The position numbers were made by a program, and so were the translations under genes. Under the pieces are notes generated by a model. That model did not search any database. It was not told where the DNA came from and saw only the letters and a list, made by a program, of their open reading frames with translations. A stretch of DNA of 64,000 nt from Dipteris shenzhenensis (taxonomy: Eukaryota), in NCBI GenBank assembly GCA_047967505.1, contig CM106538.1; one strand, given 5' to 3'. Of this stretch, positions 27,423 to 40,400 are shown piece after piece. The number at the start of each line of letters is the position of its first letter. Within the stretch, counting starts at the first letter, position 1.

Positions 27423-30400
27423 ATATTTCGGTGAGAGACATAGGCTTAAGTGTGGTAAGCAAACATAGTGCATGCATGTGTAAAAGGAACGTGTATCATC
27501 ATAATTGAGGTAATGAAGGCTTTTGCCTTCATCTGAGGTTACAAGGTTTAGGAGGAGTTCAAGGGTTAGAGGGACATTCAGCGTTTAGAGGGAGGTTCCA
27601 AGGTTTAGAAGGAGGTTCTAGAGTTTAGAAGAGGTTCCAGGGTTAAAGGAGGATCCAAGGTTCAGGGTAGAGTACACGGTGGAGAACTCATCTCCCTCAT
27701 AGATTATGGAGGTTAAGCATTGAGAAACTAAAGGTTTAGGGGGAGCATAGGAGTGGGAGAGGAAGAAGGTGTAAGAGAATGGGGGAAAGAAGAGAGAGGA
27801 GGGAGGAGGAGGTGGAGGGCTTGATATTTAGAGGAGGGGGTGGGTTCATATGTTGAGGTTTCTTTGGAATCCAGAAATATGATTCACCCTCAATGTATCC
27901 TTCAGCTCTCAATAAATCCTTTCGGACCCATATTTGTTTGGTTGCCTTTTGTCTTCGTATTCTATTTTGGTGGCATCCTTGTCGATGTGGGGAGGTGGAA
28001 ATAGTTGTTGCTGATGTTGATCCTTGGCTGCATCTTGATGGGATGATTCATCGCCAAATAACCCTTTGTACGTGTCTTGGATCCAGCTTTTATCAAGAAT
28101 GACGGCTTCCATTAAGGTCTCTGTAGGAGCTACAAAAAACTTGCAAGGCACAATGTAATTGTCCAAGGAAACATTTAACATTAAAGAATCAATAACCTTA
28201 ATAGAGGTACCCTCTCTGGATTGAATTTTAGATTCACATACTTGAAGGTGTACCTGGCCAAGATGCTTTAATGTCTCCCAGGAGATGAGGTTTTGGTCTG
28301 CTCACCCATCTATCATGGTCTGTATCGGCATGTTGCACCTACTGATGTCAGCTCTACCCAAAGTTGAGATGGAGTCATATCTATCTCATTAGGGTCAATG
28401 GAATTGTCAATTCCTAATTCAATTTCATTAGGTAGTACTGCTCTTATGGTGTAAAAAGGTGTAATGGAGCTAAGTTCTTCATCATTAGGGTACATCGCCT
28501 GAGTGCCCTAAATAGTTGGTGGATCTATTGCCGCCAGTGTATGCATCCAATCAATTGAGTCTTCTAGATTTGGTAAAGGGGCACATCAAGGTTCATCAAG
28601 ACTCTTCTCACTGTCCTCTTTCACATATTTTTAAACCAGGTTTACTGCTGGCACATATCTATCGGTGGTATCTGACTCAACTGCAAATAGATTTGTGGAC
28701 ATAGTGTGAGCCTTCCATGTTTGGAGATCAACCCTCACGACTTGCTGATCTTTCCTTAGATAAATGTTATTGGAGCACCAATCATGGATCAATCTCGCCA
28801 TACACAAGAAAGGTCTCCCTAGAAAAGCCTCATACCCAGGGTTGCTTTGGAAATTCATTACAATAAGACACACCTGATATGTGAGACCACAGGTTTTGAT
28901 TTTAATGTCCTTGAGTACCCCTATGGGATGAGCCGTGCCTCCATCAGCTAATTTAACTACCAAGGAAGTACTATGTTAGTCGAGGCTTCCCCACTTTTCC
29001 TAGCATTGTTTCATGATGATGCTAACACCTGCTCCTCCGTCCAAGATTGCCATAGCTTTCTTATCACGAAAGGAGATGGGTAACACTGCATTCGAGTCAT
29101 CACTCTCAAAATATTGACCCAATTTGTTGACTTGCACCCTTGGAAGGTCTTGAGCATGATTGGGAGATTCAACATTATTAGGATTTGTGGATTGGGGTGT
29201 CACTATTTGCCCATTCATCCAATCCGAGAGGTCTCTCCATTGAGTAGGATTACCCCTTAATAATGTTGCGATGGGCATCTTGATCTCAGTGGATAGAAAT
29301 GAGGCTAATCCTGTGATGTCTCGAGGATGAGTCATAGATTCCATGCCTATTGATTTTGACTTTTCTAAGCCATGAAAGGACATGTTGTCATGCCCCTTTA
29401 GTTGTTGCAAGGTGGGGTCTTCTTCAAACATCTGTTGCATTAGGGTGGATCCCTCTGTTGAAGGGCATGAAACACCTTCTTCCTCTACCCTTTCAGGTAT
29501 TTGCAAGGCTTTTGAGGCTGAGCATTTATCTCATGCCTAGGATGAATTGTATCAGTACTCTTGCTTGGCTTGAGACTCTATTGACATTCCTCTTGGTACT
29601 TGTGTACCAATTTATGTGCCTCAAGGAGACCTTGTTTCCCCACCCATGGGTTGGAATATTCACCATGACCCTTAGGTGTTGTGGCTTGGCCATGGGTTGA
29701 AGCCATTAATAGTGCCTCATTTGCCTCATGCAGGTGGTTGTTGCTATTACCACTTGAGAGAGTATCATCAGAAGAAGATGTTGGTAGGGAGGCTATATCT
29801 TCATCTGACCCATCTTGGATGATGACTTTATTTTTTCCCTTGCTAATCTTCACCGCACCCTTGGTGCTTACTCGTGCTGATTTAGTTGCATCTCTAAGCT
29901 GTGACGTGCTAGCTTTATCCCTTTTGGCTTGTTTGTGAAGCTCATTATTAAGGGATTTAGCTTGCAACCTCGTGATTACATTCAAGGGTACTAATGACAC
30001 TTGGCCTCTGTCAATCCTTAGCAAGTTAAGGCTTGTGGACTTAGATGGCCTTCTCATTGAGCAATCCTTAAAAAGATGGTCCACATCACACCCAGTGCAC
30101 AATGGCGATGGCGTATTAGACACTGGTGCACATGTGATTGGCTGCTTAGATTGCCTCTTATATGCACACTCATTGGCAAGGTGTGGCTTTTGATGCATAT
30201 GGCATTGAATGGGTTGTGCCTTGGTCAAGTTGTTCCTATCTCCCATTTTTTGAGGAATCAGTGCCGTCTGGTAGACCAAAAAATGGTGGTCACCTTGTAT
30301 AATGTAATGACATAATCGTAGACCGATTTGCATTGTCACCATTTTAGGGATAGTGGTATCCATTGAAGGTAGGTCTAGGGTCTCCCCAATCACTAGGTAG

Positions 30401-30901
30401 CTCTTCCACCAACCAATACTTGATTCATGAGAGTATTTCGTGGTGGTGGTGGTTGAGGTCCCAGTACTGGAGGGGGTAATGGAATATTTTGAGCCCTAAA
30501 TTGCCCTTGATTGGCTGAGGTGGCTCCTTGTATTGCTAATTGTCCTGATTGGATGGATTGGGTGGTGCACACAATGGTAAATGCGGCCTATGTTGATACA
30601 TGCGTTGAGGAATCACCCTAGGGTAATGACATTGGGATGTGTCATGATTTCTCCAACCCCCAGAATGAGCACAGTAGAATGTTGACCTGGCTCTAAGACA
30701 AGGGCATTCTTGAGTGGGATGATTTCCAGTGCACATGCCACACCATATGTTATCTCTTTGTGGAAATAGATGGGGGTTACTAGGAGCATCTTTTGGTGCT
30801 TCTATATTCTGTTGTTGGCTCAAATTGTTTAATAGATTTGTGGCCAACTCTTCCATGTTGAGCACTTTGGGCATAATTCTTGCATCCCTAGTTGCTTCTG
30901 A
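27423..30901 (-). mobile_element. Ty3/gypsy-type gag-protease element, copy B; its gag resumes at ~34880-35110 beyond copia-3
   Basis: Zinc knuckles WCGMCTGNHPTQEC and LCTGCDVDHLFKDC. Aspartic protease AILDGGAGVSII...VVKLADGGTAHPIGVL...AFLGRPFL. Retrotransposon gag SLDGKAGQWF...VKQKDKESFRDYITK at 34880-35110. Confidence 0.8.
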
Positions 30902-33900
30902 TGTTGAAGCCCATGACAAAATATGAAGAGGGGAGAGGAGAAGAGTGGAGATGAGGAGAGAGGGCACAGCTAGAGAGCACACCACAAATGACTAACTGTA
31001 CACTAGAATTAGTTGAAAAAATAGAATATATACAAACCCTTTTAGGGTTAGGGTTAGGGGATCTAACCCTTTCCTTTATAGCACTCTATAAGGTTAGTGC
31101 TATGCACATATGATCACGTGATGGTGCTATGCACACATGATCACATGATGTTGAGCGTGAACTCTCAACACCTTCCCTCAAGATCAACATCATGAAGTAG
31201 GCCTTCCCTCAAGATGATGATTCTGGGGAATCGAAGAAGGACTGAGCATTACATTCCATCACACCCCTTTAATGGGAATGTCCTTCCTCTGCATCAAACC
31301 AAGAGCTAGTCGGTGTTTCTCGAATAGCTCTTTACCGAGTGGTTTGGTAAAGATGTCTGCAACATTTTCTTTGCTATCACAATGCTGCAGTGTGATGTCA
31401 CCAAGTAATACTCTTTCTCTGATGAAGTGCTCTCTGACATCAATGTGCTTTGTTCTGGAGTGATATACTGGATTTTTGGCTAATGCTTGAGCCGATTGAT
31501 TATCACAGTATATTGTTGTTGGCTTTGACTCATCAAAGTAATCTGTTTCTGACAATAGTCTTCTGAGCCATATAGCCTCACATGCACCTGTAGTGAGTGC
31601 TCTATATTCTGCTTCAGTCGAAGACAAAGAAACAGTTGGCTGTTTGTTTGACAACCATGATATAGCACCTTGACCAAGGAAAAATGCATATCCCTGTGTC
31701 GATCTCCTGGTCTCATGATCTCCAGCATAGTCACTGTCACAGTATCCATGCAACCGTGGATGACTTCCTCTGTATTCTATCCCAAATTGTCTTGTACCTC
31801 TGATGTATTTCAAGACTCTTTTGGCTGCATTCCAGTGAGACTGTTTTGGATTTGCCATAAACTGTGCTAGTGAGCTTACTGCACAACAAATATCTCGCCG
31901 TGTGATTGTCAGATATATAAGAGATCCAATGAGTTGCCTGTAGTATCTGTCATTGACTGTAGGCTTTTCTGAATCTTTAGTAAGTTTCAAACTCTGTTCC
32001 ATGGGAGTGGTTGCAATCTTGCAATCTGCCATATGAAACTTCTTCAGGAGACTGTCAACATATTTGAGCTGACTCATGAATGTGCTATCCGAATCTCTCC
32101 AGAACTCAATTCCAAGACAATAGTGCATAAGTCCAAGATCTTTCATGTCGAACTCTGCAGATAAGTCTTGTTTTAATTTTCTGATGAAGCTATCCTTGCT
32201 TCCTGTCACAATCAGATCATCTACGTACAAAAGTGCAATAGTAATATCTTCCCCTTGAACTTTGTAGTAGAGAGTATGATCTGCATTGGACTTCATGTAT
32301 CCCAGATCAGCAAAATACTTGTCAATTCTGCTGTACCAACTTCTGGGGGCTTGCTTTAAGCCATAGAGACTTTTCTTGAGATGGCAAACCTTGTTCTCCG
32401 TTCCTGGTTCAACATAACCGGCTGGTTGTTGCATGTAGACTTCCTTGTCTAGATAACCGTTGAGAAATGCATTCTTGACATCGAGCTGATACACATTCCA
32501 TTTACTGAGTGTCGCTAGTGATATCAAGAACCGTATGGAATCCATCTTTGCTACTGGAGCATAAGTCTCATCATAATCTTGACCATATTGTTGTGCAAAT
32601 CCTTTTGCAACTAATCGGGCTTTGTATCTCTGAATACTGCCATCTGGATTGTACTTCACTTTGTATACCCATTTGTTGACTATGGCCTTCTTTCCTAGTG
32701 GAAGGTCGCATAATTCCCAAGTGTTATTTTTATACAAAGCATCCATTTCTTCATTCATAGCAGTTTGCCATTCTGGCTTATCTACTGCGTCTTCGAAGTA
32801 CACTGGCTCTTCTGTAGCCATGATGGTAGTCATAAGAGCATAGTTGGTGGTTTCCACCTGAATTGCTTTGCCTTTCTGAGCATATGTCAATCTGGCTGGT
32901 GGTCTGCTTTCCCTAGTAGACCGTCTGAGCTGCTGTGGCGCTGATTGGGGTGTTGCTGGCAATTCTTGCTCTTCTTCATCAACCTGTTCTGTAGATGACT
33001 GTGAAGTTGATGCTTCTATCTCCTATGTAGGTGAGGTTTTCCATTCGGATTCCTCATCGAAGATTACATCTCTGGAGATAATGACTTTGCGGTTGATGGG
33101 ATCATACAATTTGTATGCTTTGCTTTCTTCATTGTAGCCAACCATGATGCATTTGCGTGACTTCGCATCCAATTTCCTGCGATGATCATCATGTATGTGG
33201 GCATATGCTATGCAACCAAATATGCGGAGATGCCCAATGTGTGGCTTGTGTCTAGTGAATGCTTCATAAGGAGTCATACCTTGTATCGGTTCGGTAGGAA
33301 GCCGATTAAGCAAGTAGTTAGCTGTAGCTATTGCTTCTGCCCAATACTGATTCGGAAGATGCTTTTCACTGAGCATTGCTCTAGCACTGTCTGTAAATTC
33401 CTTTCAGCTCTTGCATTTTGCTGAGGAGTATCTGCACATGTGAATTTTGTCTTCGAATGCCGTGATTTTTGCAAAAATTGATGAAGGCTGAAGACATGTA
33501 TTCACCTCCTCTGTCTGATCTCATGACCTTGATCTTTCTGCCTGTTTGGTTTTCTACCATGGCTTTGAATTCTTGAAATCTGGCAAACACTTCAGATTTC
33601 TCTTTCAGAAAGTAGACCCAACAATATCTGCTGTAGTCATCGATGAAGGTCAAGTAATAAAGTGAACCATCGATGCTGCAGGTCTGGGCATAACCCCATA
33701 CATCTGTATGAATCAAATCAAGAATACCTCATGCACGAGAGGTACTTCTGACAAAGTTGGTTCGCTTTTGTTTGCCGAAGCAGCATGCTTCACAAACCTT
33801 TCCAAGAAACTGTAGCTTCAGAATCCCAATTGCCATATTTTGATTCCTTAGATCTAACAAGTACTTGAAGTTGACATGACCATATCTCTTGTGCCATTTT

Positions 33901-34880
33901 GCGGATAGTGGCATCTGTTGCATTTGAGCTGACATGGCATGCTTATCTGGTACTGTAGCTAGCATCCTGTATAAGCGTCCTTCCTTGACACCTTTTGCTA
34001 CTAGCTGACCTCTTTTAAATTTGTCTCTGATAGTGCATTCATCACCGTCGAAGATGACTTTGTACATGTGTTCCGTCATTTGACCTACTGATAAAAGGTT
34101 TTTGCTGAGCTTCGGAACATAGAGCACATCTTTGACTAATCCTTTTGTACCAGTGAAATTGTTCATAGGGATAACACCTGTCCCTTGAACCGGATTCGGT
34201 GTATTGTCTGCTATGTAGATGACATTCTTTTGACCTTCTAATGGCTTCATTTCTGTGAACCATTCCTGATGATTTGTCATATGAGATGATGCACCGCTGT
34301 CGATGTACCAAGGATCCTATTCCACTTGGTCGACTTGATAGCTGAAATCCTGTTTGGGATTGAAATCAGTGTCTAGGTGCATTGTATCAGTCTGATGCAA
34401 TTCCTCACTTGCAAGAAACATATTCCCATGTTCATTTGCAAAATGACTGTGACTAGAATGTCCACCATGATGATTTCCTCTTCCTCGGGAATTCCCTCGA
34501 TTACTGCTGGATTGACCGCCTTGGTCATACTGCTTCTTGCAGCAATCTCTTTCATAGTGTCCAAACTTGTGACAATAGTTGCATTAAATGTTTGACACAT
34601 TGGTGGATGCATTCCCTCGTCCTTGGAATCTTCCTCGGTTGGAAAGATTTCCTCTTTGCTGATTTTGATGTTGCTGAGGATGCTGCTGATGCTGATGCTG
34701 ATTCTGACTTTGATTTTGTTGACCACTTTTCTGATATGATCTACCTCTGTTTCTGCCTTTGCCTCTGCTTCTGTCTGAAGCTGTGAATGCCTGATCATTA
34801 GAATGACCTTTACGTGCTTGAATGGCCTGAGTCCTGAGTTCTTCACCAAGTAGAACTGACTGAAGTTCTTCCAGTGTGGG
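30902..34880 (-). mobile_element. 5'-truncated Ty1/copia element (copia-3, distinct family) nested in gypsy copy B
   Basis: 3' LTR 30902-31170 (TGTTGA...TCAACA) and PPT CTTGAGGGAAGG. Intact RT-RNase H ORF 31259-32962 (LYVDDLIVTG, TKHIDVREHFIRE). IN, PR (WYIDSGASSHM) and gag fragments upstream. Confidence 0.93.
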
Positions 34881-35119
34881 GATCACATCGCGAGTTCAAA
34901 TGTTTAATCTTGGTGATATAGTCTCTGAAGGACTCCTTGTCCTTCTGCTTCACCTCATAAAGCTGGCTAATTGGGCTCCACTTAGGACCACTGGGGGTAA
35001 ATCCCACAATGAAGGATTTACGCAAAGTGTTCCAATTTATTTTCTCTTGAGGGTTTAAGGCTCTAAACCATTGTCCAGCCTTGCCATCAAGACTCAAGCT
35101 AAAATCATTAACTTTGTCT

Positions 35120-36500
35120 AGATCCTTGATATCACCATGAGGGAGATAGTGGGAAAGTTTAAAAGTTTTTCTTCCATACAAAGTTGAAGAAAATTCTCCA
35201 AGGAAGGAGGAGAAGAAGAAATTTTGGTATTTAGAATTATAATAGAAAGGCTCTATGAGGTTTTGCTTGGGATAAGTAAATGAAGAGGTGAGACTATATT
35301 TGAAACAAATGATTTGTAGTGGATAGATTGTGAAGAGATCATTTGGAGCAAGGGGTTAAGAGGGGTTAAGAAATTTACTTGTAGGGTTTTTTATAAAAAA
35401 AATGTCATTGCCATAATGCAAGGTGTGGAGGAATAGAGGAAGAAGACATATTCTACCAAGTCTAACAAGTTTTTTGATGAACTTAAATTCAAAAATAGTT
35501 AAATAGAGATGGAACCAAGAGGAGCAAGAGAACCCCATAAGAATGCCTTTAGTTTGAGTCCAGCATTGGGATCCAACTTGGATAACACAAAGATCAAGAA
35601 TAAGTGATTGTAACTAAAAGAGGTGCCAAAAAGGAGCAATTTTTTGACATGGTAATGCTTTGTGATATAAAATTGACTATTTTTTAGATAGAAGCCTTTG
35701 AAATCAACACTACAGGCAAGTTTATAGATGTAAGGGAGGTCATAAGGTTGTTTTCTCCATGATAAGGAATAGCCTCAAAGCCATTTGCAATGTTCTATTG
35801 AGTAAAAAGGGTAGATCTCAATGGGAATGTTAATGAGGCAGTTTAGATTGGATTCAATGCCCCAAATCAAGTTAGTGATGGTATTGAGAAACCTCTTGTA
35901 GTAGGTGCAACGGAGGTTATCTCCTTCAATAGAGATCATGATTTTTAATTCTTTAAGGCCGGTTAGCAAGTGATGAAAGAATGCAATTATGAGTATTGGT
36001 GAGCCAATGCAAGATGTTTTGCTGTGCCTTGTAAGTGCACACTTGTAAGTGCACATGAGAAAGAAAAGTATATTGAAAAAATGAGGAAGGTCAAGGTCAT
36101 CAAGAGTTTTATTGATGGAGGTAAGTGTATCAGATGGAGAGTTTGGAAAAGGTAAAAATTCAAGGGAATTTATTTATTTACAGCTAGTTTCTAAACTAGA
36201 AACTTGTAGGAGATGACATAAGTTTAGGTAGCTTTGTCAAGGCTAGTGATGTAAACATGTTACTTTGGGGAAATAATTGTGGAATCATTCCTAGAAGTGG
36301 TGGGAAAGATGATCAATGAAAGTGTGGCAATCTATTTTAAGGGCAATGCATAGTTCTTGGAACCTTTCAATAAGTGATTCAAGTGCAAGATTTCAATGAG
36401 TGATTAGAGTGACTAGAATGCAAGATGTGGATTTAAGGGGGCAATGGGGACATGATTGAGACCTTTTCTTGGAACAACCTTCAAGCCTTGTTGAGTGGGG
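35120..36500 (-). pseudogene. Possible heavily decayed non-LTR (LINE-like) or RNase H-like remnant
   Basis: Only weak cues, such as ISIEGDNL in ORF 35775-36056, which resembles plant RNase H-like IEGDS motifs. Frames are shattered. Confidence 0.2.
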
Positions 36501-37453
36501 AGGTCATGGCTTCAATGCCCTATGCAAGAATCTCCCTTGGTGTCAAGGTGGCCTAATTAATGAACACCTCTAAACATTCTAATGACTTCCATGAAAAATG
36601 TTTTCACCATTTATTAAAATGGACTATAACTCTACATAGAGCTCAAAAAATGAAAGGCCACCTCTTTACAATGGCTCATTCTAATGTCACAATCAAAAGT
36701 TATAACCAATTGTAACCTAAGCCTCCTTGGACATTGTTTGGTGGCATGCAACTTTGAATTATGGCCATAAATTAGGAGCACCTCTTGATGAATGTGACAT
36801 AATACAAAGGTAGAGTACAAGAAATAGTGTAAATTTTCCTTTTCCATTGCTTCAAAACTCTTGTCCTTAAAAAGATATGACTCTTTGAAGATTGTATTTT
36901 TTAGTTTTGCCTAAGTACTTCCCCATCCCCCCCCCTCACCCCTCCCTCTCCCTCTTATATTACATCAAAAGGTATATATCCTATTAGTAAATAAATATTT
37001 TACTAGAGAGGAGGTCTTGGGTTTCAGCGTCAATCTTTCCTTTCTCATGGTGGTCAATGGTCAATCAGTCTAGTCAAGGCAATCAATGTTGATGTGGACA
37101 CTAATAGACACATGGTGATGATAATGTGAGAGGTGCTAACATGGTGGATGACATGTGGCAAGTGTGATAGATGACCCATGGTGGGGTAGGTAGTGACATG
37201 GTGTTGACAGAGACATGTGGGGCATGAGAAGAGGAAACAAGGGTAGAGCCATGTGGAAGGCAAGGAGAAGATGGGACACAAGGCTAGAGGAGGCAGTCAA
37301 ACATGGAATACAAGGAGGAGACAAAGCACAAAAGATGAGGAATCAGGATGGGCAGCGATTGTATGAAGACCAGGGAGAAGGCCACATGAACAATGAGGAG
37401 AGGTGGTAGTAGCTACATGAAGACCAAGGAGAAGAGGTTATATAGGTGATGGT

Positions 37454-40400
37454 TGTAAAGAATAAGGGAGAGAAATAGGAGACTCAAGTTCAGCTTTCTT
37501 CACAACACACAAAAGAGAGAGGACACAAGGTTGGAGGGTGAAGCCTTTCTTCACTTTTGCACAACAACAATGCAATAGAAGAGGGAAATACCCTATATGT
37601 CAAACCCTAGAATACGTGGTTCATATGTGAACCCAAACCAAAAACATACGTGGTAGTCTAACTACACCACGAGTACAACTAACATAGGCAGTGACATAAA
37701 TGATAGTCATCCAGGAGATATATCAGGGGTAGAGCTTGATATCTCAACACTCCCCCTCAAGCTCAAATCCATCTCACGTACACTAAGCAAGCTCCTAAAT
37801 CTGCGAAGCTTCTCGGTACCCAATGCCTTCGTAAAAATATCAGCCACCTGCTCCTCAGTGCTGACATAGACAAGATCAATCTCACCAGCTAGAACCTTCT
37901 CTCTCACAAAGTGATAATGCACCTCAATGTGCTTCGTTCTAGCATGATAAACTGGGTTATTAGCAAGCATGATGCTGCTAATGTTGTCACAATGAATGAC
38001 AACTACTGCATGAATTGACTGTCCCATATCTGCAAGTAGCTTTTGTAACCAAGCTACTTCACATCCAGCCATTGCTGCACCCCTGTACTCAGCCTCTGTG
38101 CTCGACAAGGCAACTGTTGGCTGCTTCTTGCTGCTCCAACTGATGGCACCACTCCCAAGAGAAAACATAAAACCACTGGTAGATCTCCTGTCTGAGACAC
38201 TACCAGCCCAATCAGCATCTGTGTATCCATGTACCTGTAATGCACACCCAGCTTCATAAAACAGTCCATAATGCAATGTGGACTTCACATACCACAGTAT
38301 GCGCCTAGCCGCATCCAAATGTGGCTTCCTCGGTGCCTGCATAAACTGACTTACCAGCCCCACAGCATAGCTCAAATCTGGTCTGGTTATAGTCATGTAA
38401 ATCAAGCTACCTACTATGCGCCTGTACATAGTAATATCTTCAAGAAGCTCACCTGTCTCTGCATTGAGCTTCACATTCTGCTCCAATGGAACAGAAATAG
38501 GCTTACAGCCTGTCATCCCATATTTGGACAGCATGTCCAAACCGTATTGCCTTTGCAACAGCCATATCTCACTCGGGGATCTAATAACCTCAATGCCCAA
38601 GAAGTAACGCAGCTCTCCCAAATCCTTCATCTCAAATTTTTGCTTCAACAGCAGCTTCACTTCATTAATGTCTGCATCACTATCACTTGTAATAATCAAG
38701 TCATCAACATAGATGACTATAAGCACAATCCCTCTGTTTTTCTTTTCACATAAAGTGAAAAATCTGAATTGGAAATCTGAAATCCAATAGTGACAAGATA
38801 TTGCCCTATCTTGTCTGACCATGCCCTCGGCGCCTGTTTTAAGCCATACAAGGCTTTGCGCAACCTGCATACAAAATCGGGATGTGAATTATCCTCATAA
38901 CCTTCCAGCTGCATCATATAAACCTCTTCCTGCAAATCACCATGCAAGAAGGCATTTTTCACATCCATCTGATGCAAAGACCATCCCTTTGCAGCAGCCA
39001 TAGCAATTACTGCTCTCACGGTTGCCATCCTTGCAACTGGGCTGAAAGTTTCCTCATAGTCAATTCCATATGTCTGCGCAAAACCTTTGGCAACCAATCT
39101 TGCCTTGTACCTGCTAACAGACCCATCAGCATTGTGCTTTACTTTGTAAACCCACTTGCAGCCAATAGCCTTCTTATCATGAGGCAAAGGCATCAAATCC
39201 CAAGTGTGGTTTGCATCCAAGGCAGCCATCTCTTCATCCATAGCTGCTTCCCAATTTTTATGCCCTACTGCATCCTCAAAACATGTGGGCTCTGGCTCCT
39301 CTAGAACCTTGACCATATAAGCATAGTGATGTGCTGTATACCCATCATATCTCAGCCTGTCAACTGGATACTTAATACGAGTGGACCTCCGTACAACTGG
39401 ATCAGTTGCAGGAGTCTTTAAATCATGCCTGCTTTTCCTTGCACCAGGTGTAACAACAGAAGGAATCCCAAGTTCCTCATCAAGGCTCATTTCAGAGCCA
39501 CTTGACTCTCCATCAACATGAGAGCTACCAGCAGACACATCAAACACTGGAGCATGGTCCACTTTTTCTTTTCCCTTATGTGATACCTGCACAACACTAT
39601 CAGGACTGCCATGTGACGATTCACTAGATCTCAATCTCCCTGTCCATGCATTAGATCCACTAGTAGAGGACTCTCTGGGTCCACTCAAGGCTTGAGATTG
39701 CTGCTCTGGATTTATTGCAGCATTCCCATTTCCTGCATCTGCATCTCCTACCATAACAGTTGGTGCATACCAGCTGCTCATTTCATCAAAAACAACATCT
39801 CTGCTCACTTGCATTTTGCGGGTGGAAGGGTTATAACAGCGATACCCTTTCTGGTGCAGAGCATATCCAATAAAGATGCATTTTTCTGCCTTTGGATCCA
39901 GCTTTGTTCTCTTCTCATCAGGAACATGAACATAAGCTATGCAACCAAATACCTTCAAGTGAGAAATATCTGGTTTTTGGCCTGTATACATTTCTTCAGG
40001 CGTCATGCCATGGATAGCTGTAGTGGGGGTTCTGTTCATAATATAAACAGCAGTTGCTACTGCTTCAGCCCAAAAATAATCAGGCATGTTTTTCTCATTT
40101 AGGATCACCCGTCCTACTTCTGTAATATGCCTGTTCTTCCTTTCTGCAACCCCATTCTGCTGAGGGGTAGACCTGCATGAGTACTTTCTTTGAATTCCCT
40201 GTTCTTTCAGATATTCACAAAATTCTTTTGAAAAGTACTCTCCCCCTCCATCAGATCTTAGCACTTTAATATGCACACCTTTCTCTTTTTCAACCATGGC
40301 CTTAAAAGCCTTGAAATGGCTGAACACTTCACTTTTGTGCTTCATAAAATAAATCCACACCTTCCTAGTGTAGTCATCAATAAACATCACATAATAATGG

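Noticed and set aside
38717-38870. Programmed ribosomal frameshift in copia-4
   Set aside because: It falls in the middle of RT, and sister copies 2 and 5 are in frame here. A point indel or sequencing error is more likely.
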